From Candidatus Hydrogenedentota bacterium (lineage in GTDB: Bacteria; Hydrogenedentota; Hydrogenedentia; Hydrogenedentales; SLHB01), in assembly GCA_045863295.1 (NCBI GenBank), contig BTWA01000016.1, positions 1 through 64,000 on the forward strand: a DNA stretch of 64,000 nucleotides. Direction: 5' to 3'. Positions 1-10,300 of the stretch are shown here, piece after piece. The position numbers and the translations under genes were made by a program. Under the pieces are notes generated by a model. That model saw nothing but the letters and a program-made list of their open reading frames with translations, made no database searches and was not told the origin of the DNA. Numbering within the stretch: position 1 is the first letter of the stretch; every line of letters starts with the position of its first letter.

Positions 1-506
1 GCGATCTGGTAGGCGAGCACGCTCCAAGGTTGCTTCAAGGTGCGTGTCTTCCCACTCGGGTCGCGCACTTCCATGCCCTTTTCCACGTCGAGCTTGTCAA
101 AACACAACCCGGCTACGCGCGCCTTCGGCGGTTCCTGACCGATGGCCTGGCGGAACTCCGCAACCGCTGCGAGATCAGGCAACTTGTCCGGATCCTGCAC
201 GAGATGGCGCAATGTGATGAGCGTGTGCGTCTTGCCGCCGCCGTACGTGAGCTCCAGTTGGCGGACAGCCTTGTCGTTCTTCCCTGCCACGCGGAGCATC
301 ACATCGCGCACAAGCTGTCGCAGGTTGTACGTCGGAAACGTCAAGGCGAAGAAGTTGTTCGGGTCCTCGTACACCGGACGTTTCCCGCTTTGCATCAGGA
401 CCTCGTACAGGTCCGCGGCAAACATGTGCAGCGGGAGTTCGCCCGATTTGAGGTCGTCACGCAATGTCACGACCTCGTGCCAGCTCTTCCAGGGAGTCTT
501 CGCCAT
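1..506 (-). CDS. DUF499-family AAA+ ATPase (5' part only; runs off the left edge)
   Basis: Not in the ORF track; translated by hand from ATG at 506: MAKTPWKSWHEVVTLRDDLKSGELPLHMFAADLYEV...YEDPNNFFALTFPT...LELTYGGGKTHTLITL. FAADL and the GGGKTH Walker A are typical of DUF499. Start lies 3 nt after the Sir2 stop. Confidence 0.88.
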   Translation of the reverse strand, partial: MAKTPWKSWHEVVTLRDDLKSGELPLHMFAADLYEVLMQSGKRPVYEDPNNFFALTFPTYNLRQLVRDVMLRVAGKNDKAVRQLELTYGGGKTHTLITLRHLVQDPDKLPDLAAVAEFRQAIGQEPPKARVAGLCFDKLDVEKGMEVRDPSGKTRTLKQPWSVLAYQI

Positions 507-509
507 TTT

Positions 510-1613
510 CTATTCCTTTTCCTCTTCGCTCGTCGGAGAAACCTCGTCGAACGGTGGTTCAGTATTTGGAAACTCGTTCGCAAGTTCGCCAATTGAAAGA
601 CCCGAATTGAAGAACTCTTTCGCAGACATACACGAGCACTTGACCTGCTCTTTGCAACTAAGCGAAAGCAAATTTCCGATCTTCTCCAATTCTTCATCGG
701 CTTTCGCGTGAGGACCGATTACAGCTAGCAAGCGCCTTTCGCGGTCTCCCTTCAGTGCTTGCCCAAGTATGCCGTTTACGTGCTCATCGGCAAAGCCATA
801 ACCTACAGTGATGATCAGTCGGGCGGTGCTGAGGGTCCACCGGCGCAGCTCGTATGCAAAGAACAGGAAGGGGTCAACATACTGAAGCTTGTAGGTCGTG
901 CCGAAGATTATCTCAAGATTATCGACGTTGATCCTGGAGACGCTGTCTCGAAAGGTGACTTTACCGGAGTCATCCCGCTCCCAGTCGATTGACCCGTGCA
1001 TCTTGTAGAGATAGATATCCGCAGTCTGATCCGGTGACGGATCAAAAACGCGCCAGTCCCAAGTCTTCTCTTCACTGAACCCGCGCTCGACCGCCACCTC
1101 TGTGCAGGCCTTCTCCACGCAAAGGTCGTAGTTGAGCGTGAAGATGCGTAGCGGGTGCTCGTACTCGCGTTGAAACCCACAAAGCTTTCCATAATAGGAG
1201 GCGTTCTCATAATAGTCGAGTTGGACCCATTCATCTCGCAGCCTCTGAACGATCAGTCTTCGGAAGTCGCCTAGCCTCTCAAGACTGCTGCCCGCCACTT
1301 CGGGCAGTTTCGGAGCCCAAGAACCGATGAAAGGGAACAGCGGATGCTCGTCACCCTTTTGGAGGTCGTCAAGCGTAACAACCAGACGCTCGATGTTGAA
1401 TCCACCACCGGAACGGCCTTTCATTCCGTCGGAGAACAAAATCGCACTCTTTACATAGTTGTAAAGGTTGGTGAATCCCTGCCAATCCTTGTCTTCGCGG
1501 AGTAGTCGCTCAAGTTCATTCACCATCCCGCACGTATGAGGAATACCCGCATCGACGCTCGCGCCTGCGCCAAGCAAGATAACGATCTCATCCTTCTTGA
1601 AGACCATACTCAT
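510..1613 (-). CDS. SIR2-like (SIR2_2) NADase-type effector, ~367 aa, no APAZ extension seen
   Basis: Motifs LLGAGASVDAGIP, FTLNYD, YKMHGS, VGYGFADEHVN. Start moved to ATG 1613 (GGAG RBS upstream). Confidence 0.9.
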   Translation of the reverse strand: MSMVFKKDEIVILLGAGASVDAGIPHTCGMVNELERLLREDKDWQGFTNLYNYVKSAILFSDGMKGRSGGGFNIERLVVTLDDLQKGDEHPLFPFIGSWAPKLPEVAGSSLERLGDFRRLIVQRLRDEWVQLDYYENASYYGKLCGFQREYEHPLRIFTLNYDLCVEKACTEVAVERGFSEEKTWDWRVFDPSPDQTADIYLYKMHGSIDWERDDSGKVTFRDSVSRINVDNLEIIFGTTYKLQYVDPFLFFAYELRRWTLSTARLIITVGYGFADEHVNGILGQALKGDRERRLLAVIGPHAKADEELEKIGNLLSLSCKEQVKCSCMSAKEFFNSGLSIGELANEFPNTEPPFDEVSPTSEEEKE

Positions 1614-1629
1614 TCGTGTTCTCCACGCA

Positions 1630-3582
1630 TCAGAGAAACCATGGGGGCAGATTCTCCACATCAAGCTCGCCGAGACCCAGTTGGTCAAAGTGTCCGATAT
1701 ACTCGGAAATCAGTTTCGCGTAATAGACCGAAACGGGAAGGGACTTAGCGTTGAAACCCCGCCAGTTGGCGCCGGACAGGTTTACCGCATCTTGGAGGAA
1801 TCCCACCTCCGCTTCCCGGCCCAGCCCGTGGGTGGGGTACGTGAACTTGATATGCATTGGCTTGGCAATGCGCCGCTTGACCGTCGGATTGTGATACTGC
1901 AATCCTTCAAACCACACCAAATACTCGCCTCGGCCAAGTTTCACGTAGGTGCTTTCGTAGGGCACCCGGCTGTTGTTCCATAGAGCAAACCCCATGAACT
2001 TGTTGTGTTCATTGAACTTCATGACGACAAACTGTCTTGCGGCGACATCCCGTGCCTTAAACTGATCCAGGGCGGCGTAAACCTGGTCCATCTCATCCTT
2101 TTTCAGCGAGAACGGTGTATGCACCACAAACGTGTCGTAGTCCTGGCAATGGGCCATGAGAACGCCATCAATGCCATTCATGAGTTCCTGGAGATAGGCA
2201 TGGCGATCATCGCTTCGTGCGAGGACTCGGATTGTCTCATAGAGGCCACTCGAGTCGGTGAGCACCGAATACGCGAAGTAACGTGTGATATCGCCTTCAG
2301 CATTGCGGCGGTGAGATTGACCCAGACCAATGATCAGGCACTTACTATCGCGTGGTCTCACCTTCCAAGGCTTGCCGCCGAGTTTGCTGAATATCCCAAG
2401 GCCGATATTACTTACGGACCATTTGAATGCATTGCTGTCTGTTAGCTTCTCAACGCTTACGAACTGCGTTGGTAGCTTATGTTTTAGGAAGCAGTACTTT
2501 GTTGTGTGATACTTGCCCTTGGTTTCTGGGTCAAGGTCGTAGCGGCTCCACGGAAAGACCACGACGGGAAGCAGTAATTTCCCGGCGGCCTGTGATAAGG
2601 CGCTGTGGATGGCTGGCTCCAATCCTTCAGGAGTGAAGCTGTCTACGGCGATACCCAGAACGTCGTCTTTTGCCAGGTCCATCGCAAACATCTTGCTCAT
2701 GCCGGGAAAGGTCTGGAAGCGTTGGCCCTTCAATGCGTAATAAAGATCGTGGGCGAGCGATTTCTCGTCCGGCCGGTACATAAAGCAGATCACAGGCGTA
2801 CCGCTGGGTCGCTCATATGGACCGTGCGACTTGAGTCCCATAAACTGTGACTTGGAAGGCTTTTCTCCTGCCAGAATGTACGTCTTTGCTTCGAGTTGCG
2901 CACTCGGAAGCGCGAATGGCGGCCAATCCAGGTCAAGCGTCCCGTTATCCGCCAATTGCATGGGGAACAAACGCCCCATGTACTTCTTTCGGAACTCTTC
3001 GCACTTCAGGTAGTGGTCCGCATAGAAGTCTTTGTTTTCCCGCCCATCTTGTCCTAGGCTCAAGCTGCGTTGCAGGATTTCGCGGTTCACGGCCTCCGAA
3101 TTTGAACTGAAGTGGAATCCAATCAAAAAGCCAAATCGCCTTTCGGACGCCAAGTAGTACGGTTCAAGCCACACGTTGTCCGTTCCAAGTGCGTCACGAT
3201 AAAGCGCAAAGTCAATCTGTGACCGGAACTTTTGGCCCTCGAACGTGAAATCGGAGGTGTCCAGCACAATTCGGCATCTTGCGAGGAGGCATTGATAGAG
3301 ATAGTGCTTGGTAAGATAGTTGTTTGCGGAAGGTCCGCATTCGAACTGCTCGAACCTTGCCATCGGGATGAAGGAGACGTCATATTGCTTGTACTCGGAC
3401 TCTTCGTTCCCCATTACCTCAGGTAGCTGATATCGTTTAACTGCCTCGTCATCGCCGGATGAAATGGCCTGGTTCGGATCACAAACGCGACGGTACGCCT
3501 TCACCGTGAAATCCTGAGGATTGCACGGCAGAAAATTCAGCGTGATCATCTGCGACTGTCTGTCATCTCGTGGCTGGGTCAT
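1630..3582 (-). CDS. Long, catalytically inactive prokaryotic Argonaute (long-B-like; MID + PIWI*)
   Basis: MID Y-K-Q-K residues (KYHTTK...PTQFV...SKLGGKPW) and PIWI C-terminus (NLSGANWRGFNAKSLPVSVYYAK). Catalytic positions substituted (IIGLGQSH, VVHTPF, YYAK). 650 aa. Confidence 0.88.
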   Translation of the reverse strand: MTQPRDDRQSQMITLNFLPCNPQDFTVKAYRRVCDPNQAISSGDDEAVKRYQLPEVMGNEESEYKQYDVSFIPMARFEQFECGPSANNYLTKHYLYQCLLARCRIVLDTSDFTFEGQKFRSQIDFALYRDALGTDNVWLEPYYLASERRFGFLIGFHFSSNSEAVNREILQRSLSLGQDGRENKDFYADHYLKCEEFRKKYMGRLFPMQLADNGTLDLDWPPFALPSAQLEAKTYILAGEKPSKSQFMGLKSHGPYERPSGTPVICFMYRPDEKSLAHDLYYALKGQRFQTFPGMSKMFAMDLAKDDVLGIAVDSFTPEGLEPAIHSALSQAAGKLLLPVVVFPWSRYDLDPETKGKYHTTKYCFLKHKLPTQFVSVEKLTDSNAFKWSVSNIGLGIFSKLGGKPWKVRPRDSKCLIIGLGQSHRRNAEGDITRYFAYSVLTDSSGLYETIRVLARSDDRHAYLQELMNGIDGVLMAHCQDYDTFVVHTPFSLKKDEMDQVYAALDQFKARDVAARQFVVMKFNEHNKFMGFALWNNSRVPYESTYVKLGRGEYLVWFEGLQYHNPTVKRRIAKPMHIKFTYPTHGLGREAEVGFLQDAVNLSGANWRGFNAKSLPVSVYYAKLISEYIGHFDQLGLGELDVENLPPWFL

Positions 3583-3622
3583 CTAACAAACCCCGGAATG
3601 GTTGTAATTTTCGCCCATCCGC

Positions 3623-6600
3623 TCACTCCTCAGTCGAAGACGGCATTTCTGTTTGCCGCTCTTCCCGTATCGCGCCTTTGGCCTGGATGTGGTTGCTCAG
3701 GCTCTCGAGGAGCGAACGTTCTTCGCTGCCGGCGTTGGAAAGTTCGATAAGCGATTGGACGAGGCGCTTGAACAATTCCTGGCGGCGGAGGCCGTTGTCG
3801 TCGAGGTATTCATCGACCTTGTGCACGTCGCCGGCGCGCCACAGGTGCATGAGGCGGTGGACGCGGTCGATCAACGGGATGGGCCGTCCACTCGGGGCTT
3901 CGTAGCCCATGGATGCACGTTTGCGCTGGGCCCAAGTCTTCAACGCGATCTTGCTGCCGGAATCGCCGTTGTCCTCGGGTTCTTCTTCGGAGTCAGGATC
4001 GGGCTCTTCGTCGTCATCGTCACTCGTCGATCCCCCCTTGTGCGTGACCAGGTCCCAAACCGATTCGAGGTCGCGGTCGGAGAGTCCGCACGCCGTGGCG
4101 TACAGGATGCACGCGCCCGCGGGGGCTTCGTCTAAACTGAAATCATGGCGGTGGAGCAGGTAGTACGCCGTCGGCGAGTCCATGCGGTCCGCCGCAGCCA
4201 TGTCGGAATCGCCCTGCTCGCCGGTAAGCACCTGGCCGACCACAAAATCGACCACCATCCGGCGCACGTGGGACAGAAACTCGCCCACGGACATGATCTC
4301 GTTGGCCGCGTTCGCCTTCTTGACGATGGGATGTTTGCTGTAGGCCTCCAACGCCGGACCCGTCGCCGCCCACACAAAGTCAGGGCCCCGGATGCCGGCG
4401 TCCCAGTATTCGTGAAGACGATCGGTGATATTCGCACGCATCTCATCAAGCACCTTGTTATCCCAGCCCGGGCGTGCGGAGGCGGCGCGCTTTGTGCAAA
4501 TAAGCCATACTGAAGACGCTAGTCTTGCCCCACCCGCAGCTTTGTGGGGCATTTCCGTTTGGATCGGCCAGCTTGCGTCAACAGAAAACCCAGCGCGAAT
4601 GATTGCGGAAACTAGCGTCTCCCACGCATCTGGATGTTTGTGGGCAAAGACGACCACAAAAACGCCCGAAGCAGAAAGACATCTATGAGCTTCGCAAAAT
4701 GCACTAGCCATTCCGTCTTCATATCTTCGCTTTGCTGCACCATTGTCTCCTCCGGCGTACGCGGCATGTTGAATCAATTCTTCTGATTTGGGCGTGCACT
4801 CGGTCGCGAAAACATTCGGGTACAATGACGCGGCTGATCGCTTCAACCAAACATAGTAGTAATCACTCAAATCTGCATACGGAATTGCATCGTAATAAGG
4901 GGGATCTGTCAGGACAATATCTACTTCACCGTCTTTCAATGGGAGCTGCGTTGCGGAGCCATTGATTACTTCGGTGCTTGACGACTCGGTATGCAATCCT
5001 TTTGTATGGTCTAGGAACTTTGCAATCCACTGAACTGCATCCAGATAGTTTCCAGTCGTTGGGGCGAAAGGATTCACCTCAGCATAATCCCAATTTACTC
5101 GGAGTGCATATCTTTGGAAAGTACCGGTTATCTTTTCGTAATCTCTGTTCCAATGACAAAGCGTACTATTTCTATCGGTTAATCTGTCCAAAGCGGCCGC
5201 AAGATATGACAGTACTGCAATTGAGAATTCGGGAGCGTCGTCGCCATAAAGATGCCCTAATGCGCTGCGAGTTGTGTCGGCAAATTTTTGCAGAGCCCAA
5301 AGCTGTCGGTCATTGAAAACTTTTCCAAAATTCGTGATGCCATACCTTGTCAATCCAGAAAGCCCCCTGGCGTTTGGAGAGGGACGCACATCACTTATTG
5401 GCTCGCTGAGCCGAGGTAGATCATTCGTCCCAATTTGATCGATTATCTCCACTTCGAGATCAGTAACGCCGCGATACTCCTTGCCGTTCAAACCGTCTAC
5501 GATTACTGCAATCATGGTGCTTGACCATTGGTCATTTACTGCGGCGACCTGAATGTCTTGATGCGATTGTATAGTGGAACAGTGGGGGCATTTGGCTCCT
5601 GATTTGGACATCGTCCCAGCGCCAATTCTTCTGTCGTTTTCCCGTATTTGTGCGGCGTTTCCACCAGACAAGGGGATTCCCTTCTTTACCTCAAAAGTCA
5701 ACTCGTTGTTCTTAGAAGACGTAGTGAATACCGCAACTCGTTTCTGCGGTTTACGCGACAACCACGCCGTCTTTAAGAGAGGGACAATGCCGCGGCAATT
5801 CTTGCACTTCACGGTGCGTGCCCAAAGATAGGCCACCGTGGGTTTGGCCACCCAGCGCGGGTTTTTCTTATCGGCGAGGTATTCCTCCGAGAACTCGGCG
5901 TTCAATGCGTCGATAATCACCCGGCCATGGTCGTCGAGCGGCACGAGTTGCATGGGCTGTTTTTCGTAGGGCTTGGGATGTTTCAGGTCGAGGGGTTCGA
6001 AATCGGCATAGGTCGGGTAATACGGCGCGAGTTCCTTGCGCGCTTCGTTGAGCACCCAGCGTCCCCAGGCGCGCACGTGCCAGGCGAGGTCCGCCTTGGG
6101 CGTGCGGCCGCTGTCTTTCTTCCTGCTTTCCCACAGGTCTTCCTGGGCTTCCTGCTCCTGTTTCTTGGTGCGCTTGGTCCGGCCAACGAGATGGGGATGG
6201 GCCTTGTAGAAGTCATTCATGAACTCTTCGTCGTCGAGAATGAAGTCCGGCAGCGGATGAGTCTTTCCCGCGAGCTTCTGGGGGTATTCAAGCGTGCACT
6301 TGAGGATGAACCAGGCCACGGGATTGATGTCCGCTGCCGTCGTCTCACAGCCCAGGCGCATGGCCTCGAGCGGAATGGCCCCGCCGCCGGCGAAGGGATC
6401 GAGCACCCGAGGCGCGCGCCCGCCGTAGGCCTTTTTGATCTGTTCCCGGAACCAGGCAAGTTCCTTTTCCCGGTGCGCGACGAGGGCCTGGTGGTTTTCC
6501 AGCTTCTTCCGTCCGCCCGATTTCGGTTCCGTGCCGATCCAGCCGAGCACGCCGCCTTCAACTTCCTCTTTGACACGCTCGACCACGCTGCCGTTCGGCA

Positions 6601-6853
6601 TCTTCTTCTTTTCAATCTTCTGAACGACCTTGCCGCCGATCCGTTCGCACAGCTTCTGCCGCTCCTCCGGCGTGCCCGGGTCCGGCAACAGCGTCGCCAA
6701 CAACGCCGCCCGGCACGCCGCCAAGGGCCGCCGCGCCGGCCAGATATGCAGCGTAGAAATATGCCCATGCCGCACATTCTTCTCATGCACCGAAGTCAGC
6801 GACGCCTGCTTCAACGGAAACGCGCGCTCAATCAATCGTGGTTTGTCGGCCAT
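3623..6853 (-). CDS. DUF1156-family adenine DNA methyltransferase
   Basis: N-terminal LHIWPARRPLAACRA, SAM motif DPFAGGGAIPLEA, CxxC zinc ribbon (CKNC, CPHC), catalytic TDPPYYD. Confidence 0.93.
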   Translation of the reverse strand: MADKPRLIERAFPLKQASLTSVHEKNVRHGHISTLHIWPARRPLAACRAALLATLLPDPGTPEERQKLCERIGGKVVQKIEKKKMPNGSVVERVKEEVEGGVLGWIGTEPKSGGRKKLENHQALVAHREKELAWFREQIKKAYGGRAPRVLDPFAGGGAIPLEAMRLGCETTAADINPVAWFILKCTLEYPQKLAGKTHPLPDFILDDEEFMNDFYKAHPHLVGRTKRTKKQEQEAQEDLWESRKKDSGRTPKADLAWHVRAWGRWVLNEARKELAPYYPTYADFEPLDLKHPKPYEKQPMQLVPLDDHGRVIIDALNAEFSEEYLADKKNPRWVAKPTVAYLWARTVKCKNCRGIVPLLKTAWLSRKPQKRVAVFTTSSKNNELTFEVKKGIPLSGGNAAQIRENDRRIGAGTMSKSGAKCPHCSTIQSHQDIQVAAVNDQWSSTMIAVIVDGLNGKEYRGVTDLEVEIIDQIGTNDLPRLSEPISDVRPSPNARGLSGLTRYGITNFGKVFNDRQLWALQKFADTTRSALGHLYGDDAPEFSIAVLSYLAAALDRLTDRNSTLCHWNRDYEKITGTFQRYALRVNWDYAEVNPFAPTTGNYLDAVQWIAKFLDHTKGLHTESSSTEVINGSATQLPLKDGEVDIVLTDPPYYDAIPYADLSDYYYVWLKRSAASLYPNVFATECTPKSEELIQHAAYAGGDNGAAKRRYEDGMASAFCEAHRCLSASGVFVVVFAHKHPDAWETLVSAIIRAGFSVDASWPIQTEMPHKAAGGARLASSVWLICTKRAASARPGWDNKVLDEMRANITDRLHEYWDAGIRGPDFVWAATGPALEAYSKHPIVKKANAANEIMSVGEFLSHVRRMVVDFVVGQVLTGEQGDSDMAAADRMDSPTAYYLLHRHDFSLDEAPAGACILYATACGLSDRDLESVWDLVTHKGGSTSDDDDEEPDPDSEEEPEDNGDSGSKIALKTWAQRKRASMGYEAPSGRPIPLIDRVHRLMHLWRAGDVHKVDEYLDDNGLRRQELFKRLVQSLIELSNAGSEERSLLESLSNHIQAKGAIREERQTEMPSSTEE

Positions 6854-7362
6854 TCAACAACTCCTGCCTTCGTGTCTTGATCCGGCAACAGCGGCACGCA
6901 GTCTTTATTCGCTGGATAGACATACGCGTTGGCGCTCCATGCGCCTTTGGGATTGCCGCCAATGATCAGCAATATGGGTTCTGGGCATTTCAGTTTTCTG
7001 TCCTTGCTCAATTTCTGCATCTGCTCTCTATCGTCCGGACTGGGAACAGGCGCTCCTCCTGGGTGGAAATGCCATTCACCAAGATAGAAGTGCCTTTGCT
7101 CCCGCCACAGACGGGAAATCCAGCGCTGGATGCCTTTTGTTCCTCGTTCAAAGAGCCTTGGCCCACGGATGGAGTCCTCGGGCGGCCCGCTGAGTGCAGT
7201 GACAACGGCGCAATCGTGCGCGGGCGTGTAATAGCCGACAAGGATGCCGCCTGTTTCCTGAGAATCGGAAGCCGTGCATTCCTTTAGTCCCTCCAGCAGA
7301 AGGGATTCCTTCAGGAACAATCCGAACTTCCGATCTATCGACCGTAGCAATAGATCACCCAT
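6832..7362 (-). CDS. cap3: CBASS Cap3 JAB/Mov34 metallo-isopeptidase
   Basis: ETGGILVG and YLGEWHFHP...PSPDD JAB motifs. Start ATG 7362 overlaps the Cap2 stop by 8 nt. Confidence 0.9.
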   Translation of the reverse strand: MGDLLLRSIDRKFGLFLKESLLLEGLKECTASDSQETGGILVGYYTPAHDCAVVTALSGPPEDSIRGPRLFERGTKGIQRWISRLWREQRHFYLGEWHFHPGGAPVPSPDDREQMQKLSKDRKLKCPEPILLIIGGNPKGAWSANAYVYPANKDCVPLLPDQDTKAGVVEWPTNHD

Positions 7363-9193
7363 ACGCGGGTACCTCGATGGCTCGGCGAATGGAGACGGAA
7401 CCATCCTTATCTTCATTCTGCTCATATACGTGGAGTACGGGATCGGATGGCGACGAATCGATACCCTTCGCGATGGATCCGACAGCGATGCTGGCCCAAA
7501 GCCACATGTCGTCGCACCGGGCCGGGAACACAGGGTGATAGCAGCCGATCCCCTCACGCGGGAAAATCTCGCCTTTGAACTCATCCTGCTCCGCCTCGAT
7601 CCACTCCGACATCTCCGACATATATTCATCGACAGGGAATGACTCATCCTTGGCGTGGAAGCAGAACATCCGTTTGGCGCGGAACCCGATGGATATAGAG
7701 AAGAAATGGACATCGTGTGGAAACGCGATGCCCGCCAGGACGTGCAGCAACTCATCGTTGGCTGTGCAATCGATAATGAGGTCGTGTGCCAAGAGGCGTT
7801 GGGAGGTTTCCTCATTCGTGAAAGTGACTTTCAAGGGTACGGACGCAACCTCGACATGTGGATTCAGAGAATTGAGACGTTGCGCTAGGCGAGCGGCTTT
7901 CCCCTCTCCAATATCACCCATCGACAATGTGTGTCGCGTGAGATTCCCAATCTCGATCCTCTCGCCATCGAAGAGCGTCATCTGGTGAACGCCGCCCCGA
8001 ATTAACATTTCCGCAATCGGCGCCCCCAGCGCGCCACATCCAATCACTGCGACACGAGCGGAGCGCAACCCTTCCTGGAAACGGCCTCTGTTTTGGATTT
8101 GGTCAGGGTGCCAATTCTCCGTGGGCATATATACCAGCTTCTTGTCGCTTTGAAATCTTGTGCGCATATCATTTTCAAAGTAACCCTGCTCATTGGCCCG
8201 GAATCCATTGGCGTATGCGTCGCCGCTCGAAAGGACCGGCAAAGCCAGCGCGATCCAGTGTGTGATTGCAGGTGGACCTTGCACGACTTCGGGAATCGGG
8301 AAACCCATAAGAACGAAGTGAATCTCTCCGTCACGCAGATGCTTTGTGACCGAACTGAGGATACCCCTGAGCGACTCGCCCCGCTCCGAGATCGCTTGCT
8401 TGAGTTCCCCCCAAGTCTCGGGAAACCGATAGGGCTTCACTGTTGGCATGGCCTGTAGCCGCACCCACGCGCCATCCCAGGATTTTCCTCGATGACGCGT
8501 TATGTCTTGTCCCCAGGGGATCTGAACAAGTTCCTCGTTCTTTGGCCCCATCAGCAGTTCAACAAACCATGTCTTCTCGTTTGTCTTGAGGTTGAAAACT
8601 CTCGCGCGTCCGGATGTCACAGGCGTGTTGGTGGACCAAGGCGAAGCCGCAATGCTTCCTTCCGAGATTCGGAATATCTCCGAGGACTCGCATGATGGAG
8701 GCGTGTGCGGGAGTTCAAATGGTTCACCCGGAAGAACCAACTCGCCCCTGCTTGCGCAACGAATCCACTCGACAGTCCGTTGGCAGTGCCACAAAAGACG
8801 ATCTTCCGAGGTATATGGCTCCACGTCGTATCCATGACGCCCGATAACCTTCGCTTGTGTGTTGGCGCAGATATTTCCAGCCCGCCACGGCAAATCTGGA
8901 TTGCCCTCAGCGTTATAGCACTGATGCGGGTAGGTGCCTGTGATTCCGTTTATCTTGGCGGGATAGATGTCTATACGTCCAAGCGGGTATGCTTCGTCGA
9001 CGGTCAGGTACCAGTCCGTGGTCCCTAGCGGATTATCTGCATCGAGTTCCTGCAAGGACACTTGAAAGCGAATGGTCCACTTTTTCACATTGTCGTTCCA
9101 CCTGAACGTCTCCACAAGCGTGAAGCCCTCAACCGTCTCCAACGACAGTTGAGCCCTGCTCAAAGGTTCTGGGGCTTCACGCAACCAGTCCAT
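7355..9193 (-). CDS. cap2: CBASS Cap2 E2-E1 (ThiF) fusion
   Basis: N-terminal E2-like region (YP...YPHQ...GNIC) and ThiF motifs (IGCGALGA, GNLTRH, IIDCTAN, GIGCYHP). Lies between CD-NTase and JAB genes. Confidence 0.92.
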   Translation of the reverse strand: MDWLREAPEPLSRAQLSLETVEGFTLVETFRWNDNVKKWTIRFQVSLQELDADNPLGTTDWYLTVDEAYPLGRIDIYPAKINGITGTYPHQCYNAEGNPDLPWRAGNICANTQAKVIGRHGYDVEPYTSEDRLLWHCQRTVEWIRCASRGELVLPGEPFELPHTPPSCESSEIFRISEGSIAASPWSTNTPVTSGRARVFNLKTNEKTWFVELLMGPKNEELVQIPWGQDITRHRGKSWDGAWVRLQAMPTVKPYRFPETWGELKQAISERGESLRGILSSVTKHLRDGEIHFVLMGFPIPEVVQGPPAITHWIALALPVLSSGDAYANGFRANEQGYFENDMRTRFQSDKKLVYMPTENWHPDQIQNRGRFQEGLRSARVAVIGCGALGAPIAEMLIRGGVHQMTLFDGERIEIGNLTRHTLSMGDIGEGKAARLAQRLNSLNPHVEVASVPLKVTFTNEETSQRLLAHDLIIDCTANDELLHVLAGIAFPHDVHFFSISIGFRAKRMFCFHAKDESFPVDEYMSEMSEWIEAEQDEFKGEIFPREGIGCYHPVFPARCDDMWLWASIAVGSIAKGIDSSPSDPVLHVYEQNEDKDGSVSIRRAIEVPAYG

Positions 9194-10296
9194 CAGGCGA
9201 AACGACCTCCAGGAACAATGCTGGCCTCTTTCCGAGGGGTATAACCGCCCTTTTTCGTGTTCTCAGGGCACTGAGGGAACTTATTCCCGAACAAGCGACG
9301 CCACTTCTCGGCGCTCTCGCATACGTTCGATTCGTCATATGCATCCCGAGATTGATCGGCAGCGACACGTATTCGACGATGAAACTCCTGGAAATCTTCG
9401 ACCGAAAGCCGTCTGAGCACGTTGTGTTCCGGCACACCATGATCCGGGACAAAGGGCACTTGGCCAGCATCGGCATATGCTTGGTAGCGACTCGCAATAC
9501 CCTCGAATGCCAGGACCACTCCTTCGGCAATCGAGGTGATACCGTCAGGACAGGACACCCACAAGAGATGCTCAAGCGGATAACCCTTTGGGTAGTCGAT
9601 GTCAGATTGCTGATCAACCTTCCACCACTTGACCGCCTTTACGACATTGACGTAGTGCCGGTTAGTGCCGCGGCTCTTTGCCCATGTCGCGGCGATCTGG
9701 GCCAGAGGATGCGTCTTATCCCACTGGTTAGCCTCACGGTCAGGGATGTCCAACGGTTCAAGTTTCCAGGCGGCTGCACGCCCTGTAATCGACGAATCCA
9801 ATAGGCTTTCCGCAAACCACGAATCGGCGGGTTCCCATCTGGTCTCACCAATGACGTCCGACTCGTTTAACCCGGCAAGTTGTCGCCAGCTTTCCGTTTG
9901 CGCTTCCGACGGGGCGGCTGTGATGACAAGGTCCAGTTCGACATAGCTGAGACTGATTCCGAAAGCCCGCCCCTTGGCCTTCCATTTCCCTTTGTAGTGC
10001 TTCTCAAGAAAGGGGATAAAGAGATTCATGGCCTGTCGTGGCGTATACTTCGCCTTATCGAGATTCGTGACGGCGATAACATCGACATCAGACTTCGTGT
10101 CGCCTGTTGGTCGAACCGCAGTGGCGCGTCGATAGCTGCCCTGCAGGAAGGTGTCGACAACGATATCTTTGAGCGACTCGTCATTATGAAGCCGCTCCCG
10201 AAGCGTCTCGTGGCCCGTCTTACATTCATCCCGCTGGTTCTGGGTTGGGCGGATGTCTTTGAGGTACTGATCGAAATACGACGGCAATGCTGGCAT
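9193..10296 (-). CDS. cGAS/DncV-like nucleotidyltransferase (CD-NTase/SMODS), 367 aa
   Basis: FLQGSYRRATAVRP...SDVDVI, ELDLV, C-terminus ...PGGRFA. Strong RBS AGGAGGT before ATG 10296. Confidence 0.95.
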   Translation of the reverse strand: MPALPSYFDQYLKDIRPTQNQRDECKTGHETLRERLHNDESLKDIVVDTFLQGSYRRATAVRPTGDTKSDVDVIAVTNLDKAKYTPRQAMNLFIPFLEKHYKGKWKAKGRAFGISLSYVELDLVITAAPSEAQTESWRQLAGLNESDVIGETRWEPADSWFAESLLDSSITGRAAAWKLEPLDIPDREANQWDKTHPLAQIAATWAKSRGTNRHYVNVVKAVKWWKVDQQSDIDYPKGYPLEHLLWVSCPDGITSIAEGVVLAFEGIASRYQAYADAGQVPFVPDHGVPEHNVLRRLSVEDFQEFHRRIRVAADQSRDAYDESNVCESAEKWRRLFGNKFPQCPENTKKGGYTPRKEASIVPGGRFA

Positions 10297-10300
10297 GGAT

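Noticed and set aside
30..711. Plus-strand ORFs of 188 and 189 aa
   Set aside because: They are antisense shadows of the minus-strand DUF499 and Sir2 genes.
510..3582. SPARSA (short pAgo + Sir2-APAZ)
   Set aside because: The pAgo is 650 aa with an N-terminal region, and the Sir2 is downstream and too short to carry APAZ.
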